From Lama guanicoe (lineage: Eukaryota): DNA of 64,000 nucleotides. The notes under the pieces are model-generated. The model had not been told where the DNA came from, ran no database searches, and was given only the letters and a program-made list of their open reading frames with translations. Position numbers and translations under genes: made by a program. This document shows, one piece after another, positions 1-11,663 of this stretch (the first letter of the stretch is position 1; each line of letters begins with the position of its first letter). The stretch covers positions 17,984,029 to 18,048,028 of the forward strand of contig MU054323.1 in NCBI GenBank assembly GCA_013239625.1. The letters are read 5' to 3'.

Positions 1-128
1 TGAGATTAGGCCCAGTTGTCTGTCTGGACCTGGTTATGTACTCTGTGAAAGGTGTTCATGTCATTTTAGATCTAGAGAGTAACGAATTCTTTCAGAAAAC
101 GGGAACCCACTTTGGGAGGTGCGCGTAC

Positions 129-529
129 CTGTGCAGTAAAGGTCTTCGCGATAGCGCCACTGCAGCGACAGGAGACTCTGAAAGTCAAGTCGCTGTGGGT
201 ACGAGAGCCCACTGCATCCTTCTGAAGATCTTCTTCTAGAAATTCTTGTCTCTTAGTGATGCGATGTCCTTGCTCCAGTGCTGCTGCTTCTATTTGTTTT
301 TCCAGCTGGCATTCCTTATTCTCGCGTATCTCGTGCATTTGTTCTGTTTTCAACTTTTTAGCAACGATGACATCATTTTCTCCCATTTTTCTTTTTAGTG
401 GGTTAGCATCTTTCTGAGAAAGTTTTTCCTTTTTTGCATCAAGTTCAAGATTTTTCCAAATTGAAATGGCTTTCAACCAGCTTTCAGGATCGTCATTTAT
501 AAGTCTTTGCATTTCATTAAATATTTTTC
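129..529 (-). CDS. THUMPD2: THUMPD2 coding exon 3 (401 nt; (G)KIFNEMQRLINDDPESW...TFRVSCRCSGAIAKTFTAQ); the gene continues beyond the left window edge
   Basis: Translation matches mammalian THUMPD2 as recalled. AG acceptor at 531-530 after a pyrimidine tract, GT donor (CAG|GTACGC) at 128-127. Phase 1 in and phase 0 out; exons 1-3 sum to 663 nt = 221 codons in frame. Confidence 0.96.
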
Positions 530-634
530 CTAAATAAATAAAATCTCAGTTTATCCTATGTTGAAGCTATTCATCACTCTGAAATCCCATTGCCTTTATT
601 TCTTTAAAATAAGTTTTATTAAATTGCTACATAG

Positions 635-668
635 AAGCTGGCCGGTTAGCTCAGTTGGTTGGTGCTGA
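635..668 (+). pseudogene. Tailless retropseudogene of the 5' half of tRNA-Ile
   Basis: 640-660 GGCCGGTTAGCTCAGTTGGTT is the tRNA-Ile(AAU) 5' end, followed by GGTGCTGATAA (anticodon arm). Flanked by a perfect 15-bp direct repeat TAAATTGCTACATAG (620-634, 669-683); no poly(A). Confidence 0.85.
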
Positions 669-1925
669 TAAATTGCTACATAGTGACATCCCTTTCATCG
701 GAATTTATATAATTTAACATAAATACTGTACAGAGTAAACTTTGTTCTTATATTCCATACTTAGCATCAAAACTGTTTTAAAATTCTTCCAAAGATGGTA
801 TATACTTTACCAAGATCATTTGTCCTATGTTAACATATGTAACTCTTCAACATACTCATAGACCTAGAGTGTGTGTTGATCTCTGAAATAATGCTGATTT
901 TTAAAAATTAAATTAAAAAAACAGAATAAATTGCAAAACACAGAGCTCAAAAACAGAGCAACTGAATCTTGGGACTATTTTAGACCATGTAATATCAGCA
1001 CAGGTGATAAAATGAGTTTCCATAAAGTAACACTTCAGATATCCACAACCCATTCATAACTCAGGCTGCCAGCCATGCTTGGTAAGTGTACTCTTTTCTT
1101 GATGAACAAGGGTGGTCAAGATGACCCAAGAATAATTACTGTAGTTCTCTGAAGATGAAAGTGTGTGAAATATTGGGATGAAATTATATTGACCCCATGG
1201 TATAATACCTTAGTATTTGCTTTAAATACTTTCTTGATTTCTCGCCATTTGTATGCTCTTGACACAGTTTATTATAGGCTATGATAACATGATCTCTGGT
1301 GCACAAGCAGCAATCAAGATGAGATTTAAGACAATGCTTAAATCCAGCTGTATCTAATCCTTCTTTTGTTGCTTTTATCAATATCTTTAAATTATTTTAG
1401 CAGCATATTTATAAAATTAGGGAGGGATCAGGAAACTCTTAAGCCCCTTTTAGCTCTAATGCCTTATAAATGAGTTTAAGTTTATTCAAAACATTTAGAG
1501 TCACCCCAACAGGAAATTTTACTATGCAGTATTCTATTCTTCCAGTTAAATCACTCATCAGTTAAAATTTACAAGGTGACAGTTTTGACCAACTTATTAA
1601 ATCAATGCATTTTGGGTTATTACATGCTCCTAAATCTAAATAAATGCACTGACCATACATATCTCTAGAGAAGGTGTCTGACCACGATTCTCAAGGATGA
1701 AATGTGATTTGGGACACTAAAGTCTCAGAAAACAGACAGGAGATTGCAAAGAGAAGAGATACAACTAGGTGATAATATGTAGGAAATACAGAAAAATACC
1801 TAATTAATGAACTCACAGGTATGAATGAATCTTAGAAATGTGAAATGGCTACATACTAATTATCAAGCAGGAAACTCTGGAGTACAATATATGGTATGGG
1901 TAAAAGTGATAGGTATACACCGTAC

Positions 1926-2061
1926 CTTTACTTCCAGAAGAAACATTAAGTGGTAACTGCTTTTTAATCAGCAAAAATAATCTTTCTGCAGATTTTAATT
2001 TTTTCAGCATATTTAAGTCAGAACAAGTGGTGAAAAACACTTTCCCTGAAATATATTCAAC
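1926..2061 (-). CDS. THUMPD2: THUMPD2 coding exon 2 (136 nt; VEYISGKVFFTTCSDLNMLKKLKSAERLFLLIKKQLPLNVSSGSK)
   Basis: TAG|GTT acceptor at 2063-2062, AAAG|GTACG donor at 1925-1924; peptide matches THUMPD2 and is in frame with exons 1 and 3. Confidence 0.96.
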
Positions 2062-2164
2062 CTAGAGATAGAAAAAATTAAATATTAATGTAATCCAGTG
2101 TCACAGTAAGAATCATTTCTTTCCCCCTTCTAAATGAATTAAAACTCAACATCTAGATTAACAA

Positions 2165-2375
2165 TAATAAAAATGACTATTTCTGAAGTATCTTCTATTT
2201 GTCAGACATTGTACTAGGCACTCTGAACACAATCCCCACACCCCCATCCTTATAACAACCCTCTAAGGTAGTTTCTGTCATTCCCCATTTCACAGATTAG
2301 GAAACTGAGGCTTAGGTTCAATAATCTGCATGCAGTCATAAAGTCAGTGACCAAGATCATATCTATGTTCTCTTT
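2165..2375 (-). mobile_element. MIR SINE fragment
   Basis: MIR core-like 'cccatttcacagattaggaaactgaggcttag'; boundaries approximate. Confidence 0.65.
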
Positions 2376-2445
2376 TGGAAAGTGTGTGTGTGCACGTGTG
2401 TGTCTGCACACGTGCACACACACACTACTAGAAAAACAGAACATA
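2364..2445. repeat. Inverted repeat / hairpin built on a (GT)n...(AC)n scaffold
   Basis: 2381-2400 is the exact reverse complement of 2407-2426 (20-bp arms, 6-nt loop); outer arms 2364-2376 and 2433-2445 also pair with one mismatch. Confidence 0.9.
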
Positions 2446-3647
2446 AAATACTCAGTAATTACATTACCAAACCTCACACACTACTGAAAAGTTGGCAAAG
2501 GAAAGGTGTAATAGGTAGGACAAATTAGGTGCCTGGCCCAAGGTCAACATCATCAGCAGGTATTTATTAAACACCTGGTCTACAACGAAGCACACAGTAC
2601 AGTATATACCCTAAAGATGAATAATAATGCAATAGACACACATTGACATACAAATTAAAATGTAAAATGTATAAGACAATAACTTGCATTGAAGCCAAAA
2701 GAAAACTAACAAGTTAACATAAACATGCACTGATAAGTTGTAGGTACAAGAAGCAGCTCTAACAATGGAAATCATCATTAGTAAAAGTCTTGGGGAAGAA
2801 TCCTGTAAGATTTGGGAAGAGGGATTCTAACAAAAGAACAAAGGAGGAGAGTGCAGAGGTGGGAGAGACAGCCTGGCTGAAGGAAACTGTAGGTCAGCAT
2901 GGCAACATCTCTGTGTTATGCTGATTGATAGTGTCAGGTGGATGGATGGTGCGGTGCAGGCCAGCTTGATAAATGGTCATGAAATCTGGAGTAGGGGTAA
3001 TGGTCAGCCATTACAGACTTTTGATGAAAACTCTGGCAGCACTAAATTAGCTGGCAGAAAAAAATTACTTTGGAAGAGGCACAAAGGGCTGAGTGTTGAA
3101 TGTGATGCTGGAGGGAGAAGTAGATTACTAAGGAAGAAATGATGAGACACTTGGCTGTGGAGCCAGAAAATGGATAGAAGCAAGAAACATGCATCAAACA
3201 GAAAGAGGCTTTGGAAACAGGATGGAGATGGGGTAAAAGTCAGGGAAGAAAGGAAAATGAAAACAGCATTGGCTCAGAGAGAGCTGAATGAGGTATTGGA
3301 AATGGTGTGCAATACTAATGGAATCCTAAACCTTTTGGGTCAACCCAACCCCTCAAGCTCAGGATGGAGGTGGATGGTCCTCGCATTCTTCTTCTAGCAG
3401 TGGCCATGGGCTGACTAACATGGTTCTAAGTCATCTCCTAGGACAGAGGCAGCCTGGGAATCTGGGGTATCACATGTGTTTAGGCAGCTCCCATTTACTG
3501 GGAACTTGAACTCCAAGTGTTGTATTTTTGATCTGACCTGGTCTAATTAAGCTTTTGGGATGGTAATTTCTGAGGTTACCACTCTAGCTTGATGAAGAAT
3601 CTCTGTGGAGGAAGCCCTAGGTTGATAACAATTAAAACTCCAAAACT

Positions 3648-3920
3648 TCCAGTTATAAGATTAACAGGTTCGGGGTTCTGACGTACAGCATGATAATTAC
3701 AGCTAATAATACCGTGTTATACAGTTGAAAGTTGCTAAAAGAGATTTTAAATGTTCTCACCACAAAAAAGTAATAGTAATTAAATGATGGGATGGAGGTG
3801 TTAACAAATGCTATGGTGATCATCATTTTGCAATGTATAAATGTGTCAAATCATCTTAAACTTACATAATGTTATATGTCAATTATACGTCAATAGAGCT
3901 AGAAAAACAAATATAAATAA
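3648..3920 (+). mobile_element. L1 (L1MA-like) 3' end
   Basis: Typical L1 3' UTR motifs (gttgctaaaagagattttaaatgttctcaccac...atgtcaattata) ending in an A-rich tail. Confidence 0.75.
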
Positions 3921-6189
3921 AACCCAAATAACTTAGGTACCAGCAGTGTAGCTGACCTAGAGACATGGAGGAAGTAGGGAACGAGAAGAATGTTTAGGAA
4001 TCAATATTTAAGGGGATAATGAAGTAAGTAAAACAAGGACTTCTGGTTTCTACAATTTACTTCTTTCTCACTACAAAGGTGACATTTTCCCACTGAAGTC
4101 AAAATTAAATTACACACCTCAGAATGCTTAGAACTTGGAAACAAAGTTTTAAAAAGTAAATTTTTTAAAGTTTGGATTGTATATTACTTGACCTAAAAAT
4201 ATAGCTGCTATTAAGCCATCACAAAACAAGTTAACAGACATGAAATGCCTTGTCAGGAGACTGGGGGAACTGAAATAATTATTTTACTGAAAAATGTATG
4301 GTTTTAAGGTCCAAATCTTACAAACAAACTGATGCAAACATCTAGACTAGTGATTTTAAACTAAGTAGTCAGTGATCTAGACATTAAATTATTTATTTAA
4401 TTGTACAAAGATCTTATGTTTTCTTACTTACTTGAATGTCAAGGGAAATGGTTTATAAAGAACTTCCTCTAAAATATCTTTTTTGGTTGGGAGTAGATGG
4501 AGACCAAAGGGGGAAAAAAAACCTGACTGAAAATCAAGTTAATTAAGAGGACCTAAAATGTGCTTTAATTTACTTCTGGTGTCCAATCATAAGACCAATA
4601 TGCGTTCAGGCATTAAAATGCTAAATACATTCTCAAGACCAAAAGCAACATTATTCTTTTTATTTAAAAAATTAACATTAGGCTTATAGTCCTTTTGCAA
4701 GTAATCAGCACGTGATCAGAAGTACTTTATGGAACTGTAAAACAGCCATTGTGAGACTCAGTCATATCTATGAAAGCACTTTAACTGTTCACCCTTTGTG
4801 AAGATAAAAAGTATTATATCTTAAAGTAGTAGAAAGAATGAATTTTGGTATTTATGATTTCAAACACTGTCGAAGCTACTGTTACTCATTTTCTTCAGTT
4901 TATTGCTTGTAACTGATCATATTCAATTACAAAACTTAGGGAGAACGCTGGCATTTTAGAATATTTCATCTTAGGATTTGCTACTTGAAAATTTATTTAT
5001 ATATACAATCTGTTTTTTCCATTTGGAATTAAATCATAACAAAGTGTCTAAAACCAGCTGGTTTTATGTCTAACACTTCAAAAGATGAAATAACAGCCTT
5101 TATTAAAGTAAAAGCTCTGTTATCTGCTAGCATATCTCAACAGTTAGCATTTTTGCCTTTCTTTTAAAATTCAGGGATTCAAGTCTAACACAAAGATGAA
5201 AAGCTTAAGCCCAGGCAACAACGTAATGTACAGTAATAGAGATATGAAAGTTCTCCTAATTTTACAGATGCCGTTTCATTTCAGAATTAATTTTAAAGTG
5301 CTAAGTGAAGAGCTGAGGTGGTGTGTGAGCTTCTTGGGGTTCATTTTAGAAGAAGTAATTTAAAATATGTTTTACTTAATTTTAAAACCAGTATCCAATC
5401 CACAAGGAATGTAGACTCTTCAAAAACAAAAAAACAAACAAACAAAAAAACCAAACCAAACAAACAAAAACCCCCAAACCCCAATAACACCCTTATGTAA
5501 TCACCCTGTTAAATGAAGTAACTTGACTGTCTGCTTGTCTCTGCCCCACTACCCTCTATCATCATGACCTCACCAAAAAAGTAAAAACGGCTGGCTTACT
5601 CAGGACATGGGTTAATAGTCTTTGCTATGTGGGTTTGTTTCTAAAGGTCAGTTAATCAACTGACAGGGAGTCCCGAGCAGCTGGTATTAGGAACACCTCT
5701 ACTATACCAAATTTCATCTTAAAAATTACTGTTCCTACTTTATTGTTATAGTAAATAACAGTATTTAATACATTAAACATTATTACAAAGCAAAGCTTAA
5801 TTTTACCCAATATATTTCTTTACCGTGTTCTTTATATTATGTGCTATATACTACATACTATAGTAGATAGTCTACTTAATATGCTATAAATTAAACATTT
5901 TAAAATACCCAGGAACCTATAGAGAAGCTTGCCACACCACCAAGAGGGAAAGATAAAAAAAAAAAAATCAAACCTGACTATGACCAAGAGGTAGGTACAA
6001 CTTATAGGACTTCAATTTACAGGAAATATAGAGGATGGAAGAACATGTCAAATTACACCATGGAGATACAACTGGCAATGTCTAGACCAGGAGAAACTTT
6101 AGCAGTGCTGTCCAACAACATTGTGCCTAAGATGTTTATTATCTGGCCCTTTACAAAAAAAAAAAATTAGTCAACCCCTGCTTTAGACT

Positions 6190-6735
6190 ATGGGACAAAT
6201 AACCCAGCTTCTTTAACAAACTTCTTGAGGGGGGAAAATAAAAAGAGATAAAGTGGAAATCTACAGATTGAAAGAGACTTAAATTTTTTTAAATAAGAGA
6301 CTTAATATCAGCCAATCACAATCCGTGGAACTTATTTGACTCCTGATTCAAATTCACAAAGTTAAAAACAAAAGTGACATTTATGAGACAAACTGAAATC
6401 TGAACACTGACTAGATATTTGATGGTAAGGAATTATTAATCTTTAGATGTGATAATGATATTGTGGTTTATATTTTTTAAAGAGAGCCATTATATGTATC
6501 ATCTCTTTTACATTATACTACATATATCGTAAGAGTCCTTACATTATAGATATACAGGTATATAGAGATATAAAAGTAAATATTTACAAATGAAGTGATA
6601 TCTGGGATTTGCTTCAAAAAATGGAGTGAGGGATGGGAAAGGTGATGAACAATTCGATCATTGTTGCAGCTGGTTGATGAATACATGAGATTCATCATGT
6701 CAGCTTTTGTGTATGTTTGAAATTCTCCATGATAA
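6190..6735 (+). mobile_element. Old L1 (L1MC/ME-like) 3' region
   Basis: Motifs 'atctgggatttgcttcaaaa' and 'tgtatgtttgaaattctccatgataaaa'; approximate bounds. Confidence 0.6.
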
Positions 6736-8069
6736 AAAGCTAGACAATATGAAGAATATTTTCATCATCATCAGCTGTGTATTGGAGGAAGCTCCTACAG
6801 GAGAGGAAAGAGTTTGTGAGTTGAAATGCAAACAGCTGAACTTATCTGCAGCCCCTCTAAAAGAAAAGCTTTTGAAGGATGAAACTAGAGATATGCATTT
6901 TTAATAAGCTCCCGAGGGGATTCCTGTGTTTATTAAATTGGAAAACTACTGATTAGAACAGAGTGATTACTCTGCACAAGTAAACAATCACTCTGAATTA
7001 ATCTGTTTTGTAAATTCAGATTTTACCATGTTAATTTTCCTGAAGTGAACTAAAGTTTCTAACAGACTCTCTTGTCATTGCTAGAATGATTTTAAGTATT
7101 TCTGTGCAACTCATTCTTGGGAACATTTATTGAGCACCTCCTATTTGCCAGACACTGTGCTGTATGTGCTATGAATCTTTACCTCAAGGATTCCATCCAT
7201 CCTTTAAAGTAGCTATTAACATCTCTATTTTATATTCAAGGAAAGGGAGGCTCAGAATTTGAGTAAATTGTCCAAATTAAAAAATCTGTTAAAGGATGAT
7301 CTAAGATTGCAATACATTTCATTTGACTCGAAAGCCTACATGCGTAAATAACCTACATCCAGGGTTCTGGGGGCAGTTCCCACAGTAATTTAGAATACTG
7401 GTAAAGCACATGGGCTTCCAAGCAAGAGAGAATCAGATATAAGTCCCAGCCCCACCACTTAGCATCAGTTTTCTCCTTATTTCTTTGTTAAATGTTGGTA
7501 AAAATGACCTATCACACAGGATTCTTTTGAGGATTAAATCATAACGTGTCTGACACATTTTAAGTGCTTAATAAATGTTTGATCCTATCATTATTATTTC
7601 AGGATTGTCTTAACTTTGAGAGTTTATACTAGTGAAACTGGGATGGAATATCAGAGGTTATTTGTCCAGATCCCATGGCCAGGCATAACTATCCTCCAAA
7701 CATACACAGTCTTAACGTGGGAATCCCCAAATCTCTTGGCACTTAATTTCTCTCATTGCCAAGAAGTTTTCCCCTATGATTAATTGAGTTTTTTTTTATT
7801 GTGATTAAAATGCCCCCACCAACACCTCATTTTGTCTTTCAAGATTTCAAGCTTAAGAACAAGCAGAGATCATCCTTCTTTTTTCCAATAATGCAACATA
7901 CTCAGATTTGGTCAAGCCTTCTATTTTTCATACCAAGAACTCTATATTAACATTTAAAAAAAATCTGTGCAGCACGATGTCACGGCCACATAGTGGTTAA
8001 GGAACTGGACCCAGGTGCCAACCTGCCTGGGTTGAACATGATAATACACTCATGCCTGATTTCACAGCC

Positions 8070-8262
8070 AGCTTGGGTTTGAATCCCAGCTCTGCCCTTT
8101 TCTGGTTCCATGACTTGAGTAATTTATTGGACTTACCTTTGCACCATTTTCTGTTTCTGTTAAATGTGGAGCCTACCTCATAACACAGGGTTGTTGTGAA
8201 AATTAAGTGTTCTGCACACATTAAACGCTTAATCCATGTCAGCAGTTATTAGTATATTGTTG
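8070..8262 (+). mobile_element. MIR SINE
   Basis: 'gggtttgaatcccagctctgcc...tgacttgagtaatttatt...acctcata..gggttgttgtgaaaattaa' MIR pattern. Confidence 0.7.
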
Positions 8263-8984
8263 CTTTTTTAGATTAGTTACATTCAACATTCTATTAAATT
8301 CTGTGACCAAAACCACAAATGGCAGGTAATCTAGTAAGTTTGATACCATTCTTCATGACCCCCTCTACGCTCCTCTCTCCACACCCTCTTCACAGGAACT
8401 CCTTTCCTGGGCTTTCAACACTGCAGGAGCTGTGGGAGTGGAGTGGTCAATTTCTTTCAATAAGCTTTCATTTTTCCAAAAACACATCATTCACACTGTC
8501 ATATAAACCCCATCTAGATATTGGAGACTTTTTCTAGGGCATCTTTTCCCTCTGCTTTCAAGAAACCAGCTCAGCATGTCCTAAAACCTAAACTGATGGT
8601 TAAAACCTTCATTTCATTGAAATTAACCAGCAACTGTTAACTTTCTCCATAAGCTGGACTCTAAGGCCTCCAAGAGCATATTATTTTTCTAGCTACCATC
8701 TACTACGTGTGTGAGGTGCACTTTACATACCCTGTACCATTTAATCCTCCCAACAACCCTATGAGATAAATACAATCACTGGCAGGAAACTGACAAAAGT
8801 AGCTGAACACGAAGATCGTATTTGCATTTAAAGGCTGGAGAAAGGATGCTAACTCCGACAGGTCTAATTCTAATTATAGGCACTATCAAATACCTTCCTT
8901 TAAAGAGTCTAGGAAGTAACTCGCGTGAACCCCACTTAAAAAAGAAAAAAAACACTTGGGCCGTGACAGACAGGCGGTAACAGA

Positions 8985-9485
8985 GGTGTAGGGAAAAACG
9001 ACTGGCGGTTCTTTCCGGCAGTAATTGAAGGTCCTGCCAGCAGGACTCCGAGGGCCGCGGCGTCGCCTCGGTGGCTTCGGGGTCGAGGGTGCGGGGCTCG
9101 CGTCGCCTTCCCGGGTCTGAGACGCACCCGGGCGGGGAGGGAGCACCGGCAGGGGCGGGAGCAGGGCCGCCCTCCTCCCCGCCCGGGATCGCAGCGAGGA
9201 CGACTCACCTGCGTGGCCGCCAGCCGCGCCCGCACCTCCCGCGTCAGGAAGGGCTCCAGGCCGCGGCCCGCGGTGCAGAAGAAGCGGGCGCCCGCTGGAG
9301 GATCGGAGCGGGGTCCTCGGGGCACCGCCGCCATGGCGGCCCGGGGTCACGTGGCCGCGGGCGGGCGCGCGCGCCGCTCGTTCCCGCGATCCCGGAGGCG
9401 GCCCGCAGGGGCCGGAGGGCCGGGTGTCGCCGTAGGCTGCCGGGGCATGAAGGTCCCGGGAGGGAGGGTCGGCCCCAGTGGCTGT
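8985..9485. promoter_or_regulatory. CpG island / THUMPD2 promoter
   Basis: Abrupt GC- and CpG-rich block in AT-rich DNA, overlapping exon 1. E-box GTCACGTG at 9346-9353, GC boxes, (GC)n run at ~9365-9374, YY1-like CCATGGCGGC at the ATG. Confidence 0.9.
9209..9334 (-). CDS. THUMPD2: THUMPD2 coding exon 1 (42 aa, MAAVPRGPRSDPPAGARFFCTAGRGLEPFLTREVRARLAATQ); THUMP-domain m2G RNA methyltransferase (TRMT112 partner, U6 snRNA)
   Basis: ATG at 9334-9332 in GCCGCCATGG context, consensus donor CAG|GTGAGT at 9208; ARFFCTAGRGLEPF is the conserved THUMPD2 N-terminus. Confidence 0.96.
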
Positions 9486-10037
9486 GGGTCTTCTTGGTTA
9501 ACTGCTTGAGACCTCCTTGATTAGGCATCTAGAATTATTTAGAATCACGGGTGGAAGGGATACAGTTAGGATGTATGATTGGGACATATAAAAAGGATGT
9601 AATTGGCATATGTAAAAGGGATAAATAGAGGGTGGCAGAGTTCACCTAGAAAGAATAAAGCCGGCCACCGATCTGTTAGATCCTTAGCAGATGATATCAT
9701 GACACACCTTTGCCTCTGATACTCATAGCCTCAAGGTGCTCAAGAAATGAATAATGACAATAGGGAAGCAACACATAATATGAAAGACCGTAGAGACTAA
9801 CTAATGCGTTGCTTAAAATACCAACTGGATTTCACCACAATTCTCTTCCCATAGTGAGATAGTGGATGGGATTACTGATTTCTGCTCACAGTAAGATGTA
9901 TGAATGAATGAGAAATCCTATGTCAACTGATTGTTGGCGAATAAAACAGATGAATAACTTGTCAAAAATATTTTCAAATCAAACATATTTTTAAGGTGGG
10001 AAAATAAAGACTTAAAAGACTTAAAAAATGATTTCTC

Positions 10038-10147
10038 GGGGAGGGTATAGCTCAAGTGGTAGAGCACATGCTTAGCATGCATGAGGTCCTGGGTTCGATC
10101 CCCAGTATCTCCTCTAAGAATAAACCTAATTACTGCCCCCCCCCAAA
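10038..10147 (+). mobile_element. tRNA-Ala-derived SINE (camelid vic-1-like)
   Basis: GGGGAGGGTATAGCTCAAGTGGTAGAGC (A box) ... GGTTCGATCCCC (B box); TSD GATTTCTC on both sides. Confidence 0.85.
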
Positions 10148-10752
10148 GATTTCTCTATAACGTCTGTAAATGCTACACTTTAAATGACTATAAGGAAAGC
10201 AAGGTACCTCAGTAACAGGTCCTTCTCTCGTACCTTGGAGAAGACTCATGTCATCATAAAGTCAGTCGAAACTTGGATAAGAAGGCCTCAGCAATGTGTG
10301 CTATTATTTCTAATTTTGACTGTAACTCTAAAGAGCAGTAAAAATCAAGCATTAGCATAGCTTTAAAACAAATTAAATCTCTGATACAACTTTTAAAAAT
10401 AAAACTATGAAAGATTTTTTAAAAAGGAGATATAATATCATCTAATCCATCTGCCTTGTTCAGATAGAGGAAATTGTTGCCTCCAGAGGCCAAGGGCCGG
10501 TGAGTTTGTGGCACAGCTGAGGCTGGGACCTAGACATCTTGATATCTAGTATAATGAGCTTTCTTCCTTTCCTCCCAACTCCCCCTGGCCTCTCCCCACT
10601 GCTCTCCTCGCACAGGAAGCCTTGCTCTGACTTCACCAAGACTTGGGCAAAAATTGGGAATTCCCAGGCCCAAGAGCAGAAGTTCCCACTCTCCAACAAA
10701 GTGTCTTTATGTTCATGAAACACATCACATTTCTTTTTTTTAAATAGGTTCC

Positions 10753-10840
10753 TTTTTTTTTTTAATGGAGTTACTGGGGATTGAACCCAGGGTCTCACAC
10801 ATGCTAGTATGTGCTGTACCACTGAGCTATATCCACCCTC
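10753..10840 (-). mobile_element. tRNA-derived SINE (vic-1-like)
   Basis: Poly(T) then ggggattgaacccagg...ctgagctata, the reverse complement of the B and A boxes. Confidence 0.8.
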
Positions 10841-11039
10841 CAGAATTCTTTTGTTTCTCTTTGATTTTCATCTGAATATTTTCTTCTAGCCTGTATCTTT
10901 TGTAATCACTTCCTGTCTTTCTGTCTGCTTTGAAGTATAACTTTCAAGTTCCTAATATTAATTATTGCAATTTCACATCTAGAATCACCATTTGGTTCTC
11001 TTTTTGGCTTTTACCTCTGCTGAAATTTTCCAAACTTGC

Positions 11040-11209
11040 TTTTTTTTTGTAATTAGGTCAATTAATTAATTAGTTATATATGTGTGTGTGTGTGTGTGTA
11101 TGTGTGTGTATATATATATACACACACATATTTAAATGGAGGTACTAGGGATTGAACCCAGGACCTCGGGCATGCTAAGCATGCCCTTACCTCTGAGCTC
11201 TACTCTCCC
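11040..11209 (-). mobile_element. tRNA-derived SINE (vic-1-like) with a (TG)n(TA)n(CA)n microsatellite in its tail
   Basis: SINE body 11132-11209, microsatellite ~11075-11130, T tract at 11040. Confidence 0.8.
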
Positions 11210-11570
11210 TGAAACAGGTCACGTTTCTTGCACTAAGTTAACTGTCAAGGCAGTGCATATGCCATCCAGTTTGGGGCACTTGATTTGATTGACTCTCTTA
11301 AGAGTATTTGAAGGGCTTTTTTCCCCTTAACTCTGAATTTTAAAATGACAATGAATATATTACTTGGGAGGAATAGAATTCATATTATAAAATGAACATC
11401 ATTAAATTAGCTCTGTAGTTCTATGAATCAGATTTATAGAAACTATTAAATTTATATCTCTCTGGTGAGTGCCTCTCATGTCCTTCACAAGGGGATACCA
11501 AGGTGAATAACAGGATAGCCACCCCCAGCCCCCAGCTCATGATCACTAGGACAGTATTAAGAGAATTCTT

Positions 11571-11663
11571 TTTTGTCATTGTTGTTAATGGAGGTACTGG
11601 GGATTGAACCCAGGATCTCACACTAGGCACATACTCTATCGTTGAGCTATACCATCCACCCGC
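11571..11663 (-). mobile_element. tRNA-derived SINE (vic-1-like)
   Basis: aatggaggtactggggattgaacccagg...gagctatacc; near-TSD GAGAATTCTT / GAAAATTCTT. Confidence 0.8.

Noticed and set aside
72..128. ORF extension VRAPPKVGSRFLKEFVTL after exon 3
   Set aside because: Intronic read-through past a canonical GT donor; not THUMPD2 sequence.
6959..6995. 10-bp inverted repeat CAGAGTGATT / AATCACTCTG
   Set aside because: Short; plausible by chance in 64 kb.
8886..9528. Several overlapping 94-154 aa ORFs
   Set aside because: Stop-poor CpG-island artefacts (Arg/Gly/Pro-rich); only 9209-9334 matches a known protein.
10038..10115. Apparent tRNA-Ala-like genes (also at 23017 and 55159)
   Set aside because: TSDs, A-rich tails, broken acceptor stems and multiple diverged copies identify them as SINEs.
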